Below are positions 18,360 through 27,739 of a stretch of 64,000 bases of DNA, one piece after another (position 1 is the stretch's first letter; every line of letters starts with the position of its first letter). A program made the translations under genes and the position numbers. The notes beneath the pieces were generated by a model. The model was given only the letters and a program-made list of their open reading frames with translations. It made no database searches and was not told where the DNA came from. Source of the DNA: Chthoniobacteraceae bacterium. Its GTDB lineage: Bacteria; Verrucomicrobiota; Verrucomicrobiia; Chthoniobacterales; Chthoniobacteraceae. The stretch spans positions 32,001 through 96,000 of the forward strand of contig JBBCKI010000068.1 of assembly GCA_037190965.1 (NCBI GenBank), read 5' to 3'.

Positions 18360-19478
18360 CTATTGGCGCAGGCAGTGTTGCCGCATGAGCTGCTTCTGCT
18401 CCGCGCGGGCAATGGCTTCTTCTGACGTGATAAGCTTCTGGTCGTAAAGCTCCATGAGGGAGTCGTCCATCAGTTTCATGCCGAGTTTGCGCCCGGTCTG
18501 GATGATGCCCGGGAGCATGAAGGTCTTGCCTTCGCGGATGACGTTCGCGACGGCGGGTGTGTTGACGAGAACCTCCATCGCCAGGCAACGGCCCGAGCCG
18601 TCGGCCTTCGGGACGAGCTGTTGGGAGACGACGCCCCGCAGCGATTCGCTCACCATGATGCGGATCTGTTCCCGTTGATCGGTGGGAAACACGTCCAGCA
18701 CGCGATCGAGCGTCCGGGAGGCGTTGCCCGTGTGGAGTGTGCCAAGCACAAGGTGACCCGTCTCCGCGGCGGTGATGGCCAGCTGGATCGTCTCAAGATC
18801 GCGCATTTCACCGACCATGATGACGTCGGGGTCTTCACGCAGCGCGCCGCGCAGCGCGGCGGCGAAGGAGCGGGTGTGCGTATGCACCTCACGCTGGGTG
18901 ACGTGGCAACCGTTGGAGTGAAAGACGTACTCGATCGGGTCTTCGAGCGTGATGATGTGGTCATGTCGCGTGCGGTTGACCTCGTCCACCAGCGCGGCCA
19001 ACGTGGTCGATTTACCGCTGCCGACGGAGCCGGTTACCAGCACCAGCCCGTTGTGATATTGGGTGAGGAGCTTGAGGGTATCAGGCAGGCAAAGCTCGTC
19101 CATCGACCGGATCTTGGTATTGATGATCCGGAACACCATGTCGAACCCGAGCCGGTGCCGGACGACGCTGGTCCGGAAACGCCCGAAGGAGTTCGCGTAC
19201 GCGAAATCGACGTCGCCTTGGTTGTGAAGTTGATGTTTCTGCTCTTCGGTAAGGAAGCCCATCGTCAGCCGCTCCGTGTCGGCGGCGGTGAGAAGGGGGG
19301 CCTGAAGCCAGATCGGTTCCAGCGTGCCGTTGCGCCTCCAGATGGGGAGAGAATTAACACCCAAGTGAATATCCGACGCATTCGATTCCTGGCCGACCCT
19401 TAGGTAATGGTCGACGTGTTCGAGTGTCTGCGTGACGGGTTCGCCCGGGGAGGGAGTCTTGGGGAGAATGTCTGACAT
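18360..19478 (-). CDS. pilT: Type IV pilus retraction ATPase (PilT family), second paralog
   Basis: ASDIHL, GSVGSGKSTT, TLEDPIE, ALREDPDVIMVGEMRD, GTLHT. Confidence 0.9.
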   Translation of the reverse strand: MSDILPKTPSPGEPVTQTLEHVDHYLRVGQESNASDIHLGVNSLPIWRRNGTLEPIWLQAPLLTAADTERLTMGFLTEEQKHQLHNQGDVDFAYANSFGRFRTSVVRHRLGFDMVFRIINTKIRSMDELCLPDTLKLLTQYHNGLVLVTGSVGSGKSTTLAALVDEVNRTRHDHIITLEDPIEYVFHSNGCHVTQREVHTHTRSFAAALRGALREDPDVIMVGEMRDLETIQLAITAAETGHLVLGTLHTGNASRTLDRVLDVFPTDQREQIRIMVSESLRGVVSQQLVPKADGSGRCLAMEVLVNTPAVANVIREGKTFMLPGIIQTGRKLGMKLMDDSLMELYDQKLITSEEAIARAEQKQLMRQHCLRQ

Positions 19479-19592
19479 TTTGCTGCCGAGAGAACCGACT
19501 ACAGCCCGGCAGCAAAATCAATCAAAATCAAGCGTACGAGCCCTGCGATTTTCAATAAATGAGGGATTGCGGTAATGTTGTGGGTCTTCCTG

Positions 19593-20018
19593 TCAGTACC
19601 TGGAAGCACGGCGTGGCGGCTCCGGCTGATGATCGCGGGTTGCGAACTCTGTCAGCTTGTGGGTCAGGAAGGAGGTCACCGCCGGTTTGAGGAGCGTTCC
19701 CGCCAGCCCGAGCAGTGCCAGCAGCCATCCGCTGCGCTTGGCTTCCTTCGGTTCGGGCATGAAGCGCGATAAAAGCGTCTGGGGCTTCTCCTTCGGCTCT
19801 TTTAACCGGCCGGGGATCCGCGACAGAAGCCAGCCCGTCACGGCGGCTCCGGTGAACCAGAGCGTTTTCTGCCTTAAAATGGCGTGTTTGACGTGCGAGC
19901 CTACGTCGAGCCCCTGCCGGACGCCGCGCATGTCCCGGGCGAGACCCGCCCGGGAGCGTTCCAGTTCGGCGATCAGTTGCGATTTCCGCTCTTCGTCTCT
20001 TTGGGACTGCTCAGCCAT
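19593..20018 (-). CDS. Hypothetical membrane-associated protein (YqjK-like position)
   Basis: RKSQLIAELERSR; two hydrophobic stretches; third gene of a YqjD/E-like cluster. Confidence 0.6.
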   Translation of the reverse strand: MAEQSQRDEERKSQLIAELERSRAGLARDMRGVRQGLDVGSHVKHAILRQKTLWFTGAAVTGWLLSRIPGRLKEPKEKPQTLLSRFMPEPKEAKRSGWLLALLGLAGTLLKPAVTSFLTHKLTEFATRDHQPEPPRRASRY

Positions 20019-20410
20019 TCCTGGTCCTTTTTGAATTCATTCAACGTTGCGGTGAATACCGGTTTGCCCCATTTCGCCTTCGCTCCCCAGAGGCATCCTG
20101 CGGTGCCGATGAGGTGCAGCACTCCGACGGCAAGGGTGATCCACCCCCAGTGCACCGCCGCGAAATGGGCGATGACCGCGATCAGCCCGATCCAGAGGAA
20201 AATGTAGCCGAAGAGCAGCAGCGCGATGGCTCCCGCCACAAAGGCGAAGACCTTGCCGTAGGCGACCACCGCCTCCTTGCCTTCGAGGCCGGCCAGTTCG
20301 AGCCGGGCGCGAAAGTACCCGGCGGCAGAAGCCAGCAACGAGAGCAGATGCTCCGGCAGGCCGGTGTCAGCCGCGGTCCGCTCTTCGGGCGGCTGCGTTT
20401 TCCAGATCAT
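19973..20410 (-). CDS. Phage holin family / YqjE-like membrane protein
   Basis: RARLELAGLEGKE, two TM helices, FTATLNEFKKD. Confidence 0.75.
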   Translation of the reverse strand: MIWKTQPPEERTAADTGLPEHLLSLLASAAGYFRARLELAGLEGKEAVVAYGKVFAFVAGAIALLLFGYIFLWIGLIAVIAHFAAVHWGWITLAVGVLHLIGTAGCLWGAKAKWGKPVFTATLNEFKKDQEWLSSPKETKSGNRN

Positions 20411-20482
20411 GTTCAAAGTTTGCCGCATTGGAGCCTTTCATCCCGGGGGATGAGTAGGTCAACGCGGAGCTGGGGGATCGCC

Positions 20483-20773
20483 TTAGCGGCGGATGAGAAG
20501 GCCGAGGACGAAACCGATACCCAGCGCCGTCAGCACGCCGCGAAGCGGGTTCTCGCGGACATAGTGTTCTCCTTCCTCCTGCCAGGAACGGGCGCGGGTG
20601 CGGGCCTGCTGGTAGGCCTGTTCGGCGCGGCCACGGAGCTCGTGCGCCTTTGCTTCGGCGGCAGAGCGGATGTCTTCGGCGGCCTGCTTGGCGTGTGTCT
20701 TACCGCTTTCGAACTTACTGGCGGCTTCCTGTTGCTCCTTGGATGTCGTGGGATCGCTGGTTGTCTCGTTCAT
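20483..20773 (-). CDS. ElaB/YqjD/DUF883-family membrane-anchored ribosome-binding protein
   Basis: C-terminal YVRENPLRGVLTALGIGFVLGLLIRR. Confidence 0.85.
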   Translation of the reverse strand: MNETTSDPTTSKEQQEAASKFESGKTHAKQAAEDIRSAAEAKAHELRGRAEQAYQQARTRARSWQEEGEHYVRENPLRGVLTALGIGFVLGLLIRR

Positions 20774-20935
20774 AAGTCTATTATCGGTTGGTTGAATTAA
20801 TAAACGGCATTCAAAGCCGGGTGGCAAGGGTCAAGGATTGCAGGGCTCATTGTCATTCCCCCGCGATTTCCTCTTAAAACGCGTCATCTGCCGTATTCGC
20901 GCGTTTCATGCGGCCTCAGAACCCTTGTTTTCCAG

Positions 20936-21154
20936 CTATTTTTCCCGAAAAACGATCCGGGCTTTACTCAAATCGTACGGAGAGAGCTCCAGCGTCACTT
21001 TGTCTCCGGGGACAATGCGGATAAAATTTTTTCGCATTTTGCCGGAGATATGCGCCAGCACATCATTGCCGTTGGGAAGCTGAACACGGAACATGGTTCC
21101 TGGCAGCACGTCCCTCACGGTGCCCTCCGTCTGAATCCCATCTTCTTTCGGCAT
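20936..21154 (-). CDS. infA: Translation initiation factor IF-1
   Basis: [38 protein letters not shown]. Confidence 0.97.
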   Translation of the reverse strand: MPKEDGIQTEGTVRDVLPGTMFRVQLPNGNDVLAHISGKMRKNFIRIVPGDKVTLELSPYDLSKARIVFREK

Positions 21155-21231
21155 GGTTCTGTATCATGCCGGGTTAAACCGGGGAGTTCAACCTGAAAAG
21201 GGGGGCGTTGCCGCACCGGTAGTCCGACCTT

Positions 21232-21876
21232 TTACCCCCGTGCCGTTTTCATCGCCGCGACATACGCTGCTGCGGCGGTCGTCAATGCCTCCCAATCCCG
21301 ACGCTCGAGGATCGCCTTGCTCACCAATCCGGAGCCCACCCCCAGCGCGACGCAGCCTGCCTTGATGAAACTCCCGACCGTCTCCGGCATGACGCCGCCC
21401 GTCGGGATGATCGGGAGCTGCGGCATGGGGGCCAGCAGGTTTTTGATGTATTGCGGTCCCAGCGCGTCGGCGGGGAAGATTTTGATGAAGTCCGCCCCAC
21501 ACTCATAGGCCGCGAGCGCTTCGGTTGGTGTGTACGCCCCACAGATTACCGGCTTGCCGTAGCGGTTTCCCATTCGGATCACCTCGGGGCGAAGCACCGG
21601 TGTGACGATAAACTCCGCCCCCGCCAGTAACGCCCCACGGCAGGTCTCGGCGTCGAGCACGCTTCCGACGCCGATCAGCACCCGCCCCGTGAATTCGCGG
21701 GCAATCCCGGAGATCGCCCCGAGCGCGTCGGGTGTTGTCATCGTCACCTCCATCGCGGTCACGCCGCCCTCAAGCAGCGCCTTGGCGGCGCAGACGAGGC
21801 AGTCCGGGCTATCGGCGCGCATGATCGCGACGATGCCGGGGTTTACAATACGGTTGAGGAGATCGAGCTTCATCAT
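21232..21876 (-). CDS. eda: KDPG/KHG aldolase
   Basis: MEVTMTTP, GVGSVLD, GAYTPTE, IKIFPA, PTGGV. Confidence 0.88.
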   Translation of the reverse strand: MMKLDLLNRIVNPGIVAIMRADSPDCLVCAAKALLEGGVTAMEVTMTTPDALGAISGIAREFTGRVLIGVGSVLDAETCRGALLAGAEFIVTPVLRPEVIRMGNRYGKPVICGAYTPTEALAAYECGADFIKIFPADALGPQYIKNLLAPMPQLPIIPTGGVMPETVGSFIKAGCVALGVGSGLVSKAILERRDWEALTTAAAAYVAAMKTARG

Positions 21877-21883
21877 GGTTGCA

Positions 21884-23170
21884 TCAAACATTCCAGACGC
21901 TCTTGCCGCCCACGATCGTCCGCACCGCGCGGCCTTTCAGTTCCCAGCCGTGGAAGGGCGTGTTGCGGGAGCGGGAGAGCGACGCGTTTTTGTCGACGGT
22001 CCACTCCAGCCCCGGGTCGATGATGGTTACGTCGGCGACGGCTCCAAGGGAAAGCGTGCCACGGTCGAGCTTGAGCAATTGCGCCGGGTTGATGGTGTAG
22101 AGTTCGATGAGCCGCGAGAGGGAAATCGCTTTGCGCTTGTGGACGAGGATGTCGAGGAAGAGCGCCAATTCCGTCTCCAACCCGAGAATCCCGAAGGGAG
22201 CCTGATCGAACTCGCGCTCCTTCTCGAAGTCGCAGTGCGGGGCGTGATCGCTGGCCAGAATCGTGATCGTGCCGTCGGCGATGCCTTCGATGAGTTCCTC
22301 CACGTCGCGCTCTGTCCGCAAGGGCGGATTCATTTTGAAATTGGTGTCGAACGAGCGGATCGACTCGTCGGTCAACGCGATGTGGTGAGGGCAGACTTCG
22401 CCCGTCAGCGGAATGCCTCGCGAGCGGGCCTCGCGCAGGATGCGGATGCTTCCGCCTGCGGAGAGGTGCTGGCAGTGGATCGGCGTGCCGCAGAGTTCGG
22501 CAAGCTGCGCGTTGCGCTGCACGATGATCTCTTCGCCCAGCGACGGCCAGCCGGGCAAGCCTAGCACGGTGCTCCAGTACCCTTCATGCATGACGCCTTT
22601 GCCGACGAGGTTGTAGTCCTGGCAGTGGTCCATCACCGGAAGGTCGAACATCTTCGCGTACTCCAGGGCGCGGCGCATCATCTCGTGGCTTTGAATGCAA
22701 TGACCGTCGTCGGTCAGCGCAACGATCCCCGCCTTCGCCATGGCGCCAATGGGTGCAAGTTCCTCGCCCGCGATCCCTTTGGTAATCGCGCCGGTTGCAT
22801 AGACATTGACGCACGACTCCGCCGTCGCCTTGTCTTTCACCCAGCCCACGACACTGGCGTTGTCGATGGATGGGTTGGTGTTAGGCATGCAGACAACGCT
22901 GGTGAATCCGCCCGCCGCCGCCGCGCGCGCACCCGTGGCAATGGTCTCCTTGGCCGATTGCCCCGGCTCGCGCAGATGGACATGGATATCGATCAACCCT
23001 GGCGCGACGACGAGTCCCGTGCAGTCGATTTCATCATAGGGTGCACCTTCGGCGTCGAGGGCGGAACGTTCGACAATGCGGCCATTGAGAATGGCGAGAT
23101 CGGCGATTTCGTCACGGCGATTGGCCGGGTCGATCACGCGGCCGTTGCGGAGGAGAGTGGGGTTGGTCAT
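21884..23170 (-). CDS. pyrC: Dihydroorotase
   Basis: PGLIDIHVHLREPG, CMPNT, KMNPPLR, ASDHAPH. Confidence 0.95.
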   Translation of the reverse strand: MTNPTLLRNGRVIDPANRRDEIADLAILNGRIVERSALDAEGAPYDEIDCTGLVVAPGLIDIHVHLREPGQSAKETIATGARAAAAGGFTSVVCMPNTNPSIDNASVVGWVKDKATAESCVNVYATGAITKGIAGEELAPIGAMAKAGIVALTDDGHCIQSHEMMRRALEYAKMFDLPVMDHCQDYNLVGKGVMHEGYWSTVLGLPGWPSLGEEIIVQRNAQLAELCGTPIHCQHLSAGGSIRILREARSRGIPLTGEVCPHHIALTDESIRSFDTNFKMNPPLRTERDVEELIEGIADGTITILASDHAPHCDFEKEREFDQAPFGILGLETELALFLDILVHKRKAISLSRLIELYTINPAQLLKLDRGTLSLGAVADVTIIDPGLEWTVDKNASLSRSRNTPFHGWELKGRAVRTIVGGKSVWNV

Positions 23171-24012
23171 GAGTCAGTAAGAGTTTTACGAAGGCGGAGG
23201 CGGATGACTAGCAATGTGAGGGCGGAAAAGAGGATGCCGGAGAGGAGTAGGAGGAAGGCTTCGAAGTTCAGGAGTTCGACCCGGGCAAAATGAATGAAAA
23301 AGGTCGGTTTGAGGATCGCGTAGAGTCGAACGATCGCGCCTGCAACTCCCACGAGGAGAGGGAATGGGGTCCACCAGGAATGATGGGAAGCGATCCATCG
23401 GAGGGGGAGCGCCGCGGTGCTCACCGTCAGGAACAGCATCGTCATGAAACATCCCCAGAAAAGCGGGTTGGCTTCAATCCAGAGGAGTTTGAGGAGGGTG
23501 TTATTGGGATCGAGAAAATATTTTTCGACAAGAAATTCGGGGGCAAAAAGCGCCCTGCCAGAAAGCCCGCCAGCTAAAACGGATGGGCAAGAGAAGCTCA
23601 AGTTCCATCCGAAAAGTAGAAGCCAAAAGCGGCGCAGAAGTGCTGCGCTCCGGGACGCTGGCGCAAGGAGTTTCCCCTCGTTCCCAATCTCCAGATTGGG
23701 AACGCACTTGTCTGCGAATCTCTGATTCGTACGCCTCCGGGCTAAGAAACGCGCGAGCTTATCGTTGAGCCTTTGCAAAGGCTGCTTGTGAGAGGTGCGG
23801 TTTCGAAACTGGGGTTTCGGGGACACTGGCATTCCCAATCTGGAGATTGGGAACGAGGAAAAGGCCCCCCTCAATAGGGCTGGCAGCGGGATCAATATTC
23901 CCAATCGGTTCACCAGAGTTTGGCGGGGAATGAACATACAGCCGATGGGTGCAAGGATCATCAGATAACCGACCCATGTCACGGGGGCGGGTTGGAGGAG
24001 AAGAGATGACAT
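23167..24012 (-). CDS. Hypothetical membrane protein carrying an in-frame palindromic element
   Basis: Multiple TM segments; stop overlaps pyrC start (ATGA); 61 codons derive from repeat 23676-23858. Confidence 0.55.
   Translation of the reverse strand: MSSLLLQPAPVTWVGYLMILAPIGCMFIPRQTLVNRLGILIPLPALLRGAFSSFPISRLGMPVSPKPQFRNRTSHKQPLQRLNDKLARFLARRRTNQRFADKCVPNLEIGNEGKLLAPASRSAALLRRFWLLLFGWNLSFSCPSVLAGGLSGRALFAPEFLVEKYFLDPNNTLLKLLWIEANPLFWGCFMTMLFLTVSTAALPLRWIASHHSWWTPFPLLVGVAGAIVRLYAILKPTFFIHFARVELLNFEAFLLLLSGILFSALTLLVIRLRLRKTLTDS
23676..23858. repeat. REP-like doublet family C (CTCGTTCCC type), 183 bp, inside an ORF
   Basis: CCTCGTTCCCAATCTCCAGATTGGGAA ... TTCCCAATCTGGAGATTGGGAACGAGG; each arm is itself a hairpin. 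Confidence 0.85.
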
Positions 24013-24022
24013 GCGAAAAGGG

Positions 24023-25033
24023 CTAGGGTGTTGGAAGTTCCTGTGCCGATGAAGATCGCTTTTTAAGTTTCTGGACACTGATCACGCTTTTCAGAGGGAT
24101 CACTTTGAGTTCGAAGCTGTGGGGGGAAATGAAGTGGGGAGTGGCTCGAAAACGCCCTCGGATTTCGTTGGAGTCCACGCCGGTGATCATGCCATGCACG
24201 ACTTGCCATTCCGCTTCGCGGGATGTGGAACCGTGTGTGATCCTTACTTCGGAACCGATAAGCGCATGAAAGGGAGCGAGGTTCGGAGATTTTGAATCGA
24301 TTTCCGCGAGGACGATTGCTCCGTCCGCGATCCATGAGGATGAATCCACACTTCGATCGGCGTTCACAAAGATTGTCGATTCGGGCGAGTCCCCCGATTT
24401 GCCTGAGTGAAATGTGATTGTGAATTGTGGACGTCCGAACCACGGGCTTTCCCGGGTTGCGATGCGGTCTGGAATGATCTGGGCCGCTGGGTGGTGGCTC
24501 AGGAGATAATCGGTGGCTATTTTTAAGGCTTCTTCTTTTAAGAGCGGAGGATTGGTGTCGGATTCCTCCGGAGTCATCTGGCAGATCGCGTAGCCCTCAT
24601 CGAGAAGACCATCTCGCGCGCCTATGTATATCCCATCCTGGGGCGCAGGGTTCAGATAGCAGCGATAGCGTTTCCCCTTTTCAAGGACCACTCGGCAGTC
24701 CATGCCGGAACCTTTTGAGACTCGAACTTTTATCTCGGTGGGTGCTTTTCCTTTGATCGTCGCTAGCACTTTCAGGGTGGCGACGAAGCCGTCCCTGTCG
24801 CGGAAGCTTTCCCCTTTTGTTTCCAACGCAATCGCGTTGCAGATCACCTCAGCCTTCTCCGAAAGCTCATCTGAAGAAAAGTTGCTGGGAGTGTATGCCT
24901 CGACTCGAAGTGCGAAACAGATGAGAAGAATCGTCGACGGAAGGTATGAAAAGCAGCGTAATAGCGCCGCACCCCAAGAGGCTTCGCGCTTAAGGAGCGC
25001 TTCATTTTCTTCACCTGCCATAAACGCCTTCAA
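24023..25033 (-). CDS. Hypothetical, probably exported protein (AT-richer, orphan-like; true start uncertain)
   Basis: 336-aa ORF co-oriented within the pyr cluster; signal-like LLICFALRVEA segment. Confidence 0.55.
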   Translation of the reverse strand: MKAFMAGEENEALLKREASWGAALLRCFSYLPSTILLICFALRVEAYTPSNFSSDELSEKAEVICNAIALETKGESFRDRDGFVATLKVLATIKGKAPTEIKVRVSKGSGMDCRVVLEKGKRYRCYLNPAPQDGIYIGARDGLLDEGYAICQMTPEESDTNPPLLKEEALKIATDYLLSHHPAAQIIPDRIATRESPWFGRPQFTITFHSGKSGDSPESTIFVNADRSVDSSSWIADGAIVLAEIDSKSPNLAPFHALIGSEVRITHGSTSREAEWQVVHGMITGVDSNEIRGRFRATPHFISPHSFELKVIPLKSVISVQKLKKRSSSAQELPTP

Positions 25034-25725
25034 CTAATCGCCCTCGCGATGACAAACGCCGCCGTGGCCGCAAGACCGCCGATCATCGTGGTCTGGAACG
25101 CGCTGCGCCACGGGTGTGTCCCGGTGAAACGCCCTTTGACGTAGCCGAAGACAAACAGCGCGACGAGGGTGATGGCGGCTGAATAGGTAAGTGCCGTATG
25201 CACATCCTCCATCAGGATATAGGGAACGAGCGGGATGATCCCGCCCACCATGTACGCCCCGGCGATGGCGGCGGCGCTTTTGAGCGCGCGGCGCGGGTCG
25301 GGTTCCTCAAGGCCGAGTTCGAAGCGCATCATGAAATCGACCCACTGCTGCGGCTTCGCCTCCAGTGCTTTGACGATCGGGGCGATCTCCTCTTCGCTTA
25401 AACCATAGCCGCGAAAGACGTCGGCGACTTCCTGCCTTTCGTCCTCGGTCTTGTCGATAATCTCCTGCTCTTCGCGTCGGCGCTCGCTGCGGTAATGCTC
25501 CGCATCGCTCCGCGCGGCGAGATACCCGCCCAAACCCATCGCGATGGAACCGGCGGCGATCTCCGCAAAGCCCGCCGTGACGATCAGGCGCGATGCGGCA
25601 ATCGCGCCGGTCAGCCCCGCCGCAAGCGCGAACGGGACGGTCAATCCATCGGACATGCCGATAACGATGTCGCGCACCAGCGCGCCCGCCGTGAAATGCT
25701 TTTCGATGTGAGGCGTCGCGGGCAT
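25030..25725 (-). CDS. VIT1/CCC1-family iron/manganese transporter
   Basis: RDIVIGMSDGLTVPFALAAG, AGSIAMGLGGYL, MMRFELGL, GGIIPLVPY. Confidence 0.92.
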   Translation of the reverse strand: MPATPHIEKHFTAGALVRDIVIGMSDGLTVPFALAAGLTGAIAASRLIVTAGFAEIAAGSIAMGLGGYLAARSDAEHYRSERRREEQEIIDKTEDERQEVADVFRGYGLSEEEIAPIVKALEAKPQQWVDFMMRFELGLEEPDPRRALKSAAAIAGAYMVGGIIPLVPYILMEDVHTALTYSAAITLVALFVFGYVKGRFTGTHPWRSAFQTTMIGGLAATAAFVIARAIS

Positions 25726-25730
25726 GACGG

Positions 25731-26702
25731 TTACTCGCCCGCCTGCCCCCTCGCTCCATCGCACAGATACAGCGCGGCCATGCGGACGGCGAGGCCGTTG
25801 GTGACCTGGTCGAGAATCACGCTCCTGCCGCTGTCGGCGACGTTGCTGTCGATCTCGACGCCCCGGTTGATCGGTCCGGGGTGCATGATAAGCGCGTCAG
25901 GCTTGAGCCGTTCGGCGCGTTCCTTCGTCAGGCCGAAGAAGGCGGTGTATTCGCCGAGGCTCGGGAAATATTCCTTCCTCTGCCGTTCCATCTGGATGCG
26001 CAGGAGGTTGATGACGTCCACATCCTCAAGAACATCGTCGATGCGGTGCGTCACGGTGACGCCCATCTTCTCGAAGCAACGCGGAACGAGCGTGCTCGGG
26101 CCGACCAGCGTGACCTTTGCGCCCAGCTTGAGGAGCGCGTGGATGTTCGAGCGCGCGACGCGGGAGAATAGAATGTCGCCGACGATGGCGACGTGCAGCC
26201 CTTCAACGCGCCCCTTCTTCTCGCGAATGGTAAAAGTATCGAGCAGCGCCTGGGTCGGATGCTCATGCGCGCCGTCGCCCGCGTTGATGACGCTAGCGCT
26301 GAGACGCTCCGCGAGGAACTTTGCCGCGCCCGCCGAGGAGTGGCGAAGCACGATGATGTCGGCGTGGAGCGCCTGCAGATTCAGCGCGGTGTCCTTGAGT
26401 GTCTCGCCCTTGGTAAGGCTGGAGGTGCTCGCGGAGATGTTCACCACGTCGGCGCTCAAGCGAAACGCCGCCAGCTCGAAGGAGATGCGGGTGCGGGTGC
26501 TGGGCTCGACGAAAAAGTTGACGAGGGTTTTCCCTCGCAGCGACGGAACTTTCTTGATGTCGCGCGCGCCGACCTGCTTGAACGCGGCGGCGGTGTCGAG
26601 TAGGAACCTGATTTCCTCGGCGGAGAGATCCTCTAGGCCGACGAGATCCTTGCGAGACCACGGCGCGGCGACGGGAGATGGGGAGGGGGTCATGGGAATC
26701 AC
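25731..26702 (-). CDS. pyrB: Aspartate carbamoyltransferase catalytic subunit
   Basis: [28 protein letters not shown]. Confidence 0.96.
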   Translation of the reverse strand: MIPMTPSPSPVAAPWSRKDLVGLEDLSAEEIRFLLDTAAAFKQVGARDIKKVPSLRGKTLVNFFVEPSTRTRISFELAAFRLSADVVNISASTSSLTKGETLKDTALNLQALHADIIVLRHSSAGAAKFLAERLSASVINAGDGAHEHPTQALLDTFTIREKKGRVEGLHVAIVGDILFSRVARSNIHALLKLGAKVTLVGPSTLVPRCFEKMGVTVTHRIDDVLEDVDVINLLRIQMERQRKEYFPSLGEYTAFFGLTKERAERLKPDALIMHPGPINRGVEIDSNVADSGRSVILDQVTNGLAVRMAALYLCDGARGQAGE

Positions 26703-27298
26703 GATTTGCTGATCCAGACGGCATCGGCCACGTTGTCCACGGCTTGGAAGCGGACAAAGACGCGGTCGCCGGGGGCGGTGGGGATGTTCTTGCCGACGTA
26801 ATCGGCACGGATCGGGAGTTCGCGATGCCCCCGGTCAATCAGGACGGCATACTGGATGCGCGCCGGGCGGCCGAAGGAGGAGATGGAATCCATGGCGGCG
26901 CGGCAGGTGCGCCCCGAGTAGAGGACATCGTCGACCAGCACCAGCGTCAGATCGTCGAGGTTCTGCGGAAGATGAGAGGCGACGACTGGCGAGAGCCGTT
27001 GGCGGAGCCGGAGGTCGTCGCGATGCATGGAGACGTCGATCACGCCGGTTTGCACTTCGCGGCCTTCGAAGCCTTGAATCAATGCGGCCAGGCGGCGGGC
27101 GACTTCCACGCCGCGAGAGGGAATGCCGACGAGGACGACTCGGTCGAGGTCGGGGTTGCGCTCGATGATCTCGTGCGCGATGCGCCGCAGAATGCGGTCG
27201 ATGGCGGCGGCGTCCAGAAGGAGGACTGCCGAAGGTGCGGGAGGGGAAAGCGGGGTTTCCGGTTGGGTCGACTCGGTAGGCTTGCTGGGTTCGGTCAT
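26699..27298 (-). CDS. pyrR: Bifunctional pyr regulator / uracil phosphoribosyltransferase PyrR
   Basis: [39 protein letters not shown]. Confidence 0.95.
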   Translation of the reverse strand: MTEPSKPTESTQPETPLSPPAPSAVLLLDAAAIDRILRRIAHEIIERNPDLDRVVLVGIPSRGVEVARRLAALIQGFEGREVQTGVIDVSMHRDDLRLRQRLSPVVASHLPQNLDDLTLVLVDDVLYSGRTCRAAMDSISSFGRPARIQYAVLIDRGHRELPIRADYVGKNIPTAPGDRVFVRFQAVDNVADAVWISKS

Positions 27299-27305
27299 TG
27301 AGGGT

Positions 27306-27340
27306 CTCCTTGGCAACCTCGCGGGATCGCCGTTAAAGGA
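27306..27340 (-). promoter_or_regulatory. PyrR-binding RNA hairpin overlapping the pyrR Shine-Dalgarno
   Basis: Minus strand UCCUUUAACGGCGAUCCCGCGAGGUUGCCAAGGAG closely matches consensus CUUUAA..ARUCCNGNGAGGYU. Confidence 0.8.
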
Positions 27341-27354
27341 TCAGAAAGGGCAGC

Positions 27355-27621
27355 TCAGGTGGATTTAACGGTTTCGGGGGCGACGGATGGGGTAGCGGTC
27401 TGCTGTTGCTGGCGTTTTTCGCGCCAGGCGGATCGGTATCTTACAATCCAGTCGAGCAAAGCTCGCTCAAAACCGATGTCGTAGCCCGCTTTCTCGCTCT
27501 CCAGCCATTTGTGGCAGAGAATCTCCTCGCGCTCAGCCAGAAACTCCTTGTAGAGCACCGAATTTCTGACGAGATCCGAATTTTCAGTGTTCGGATGATC
27601 CATGGTGGGGTCACTTTTCAT
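27355..27621 (-). CDS. Small conserved protein, DUF4032-like
   Basis: LYKEFLAEREEILCHKWLESEKAGYDIGFERALLDW. Confidence 0.75.
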   Translation of the reverse strand: MKSDPTMDHPNTENSDLVRNSVLYKEFLAEREEILCHKWLESEKAGYDIGFERALLDWIVRYRSAWREKRQQQQTATPSVAPETVKST

Positions 27622-27739
27622 AAGAAACACCAACCCGTCAATGCTGCTTTTCCCTCAAATAGGTTTCGGGCGCGGCCTGTTGCCCGGATGACTTTTGGAG
27701 CACTAAGGGGGAGGGGATGGGGGGTGGATAACATTGCGT

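Noticed and set aside
19973..20410. 'Phage holin' as evidence of a prophage
   Set aside because: It is the YqjE-like member of a chromosomal YqjD/E/K-type cluster; no phage genes nearby.
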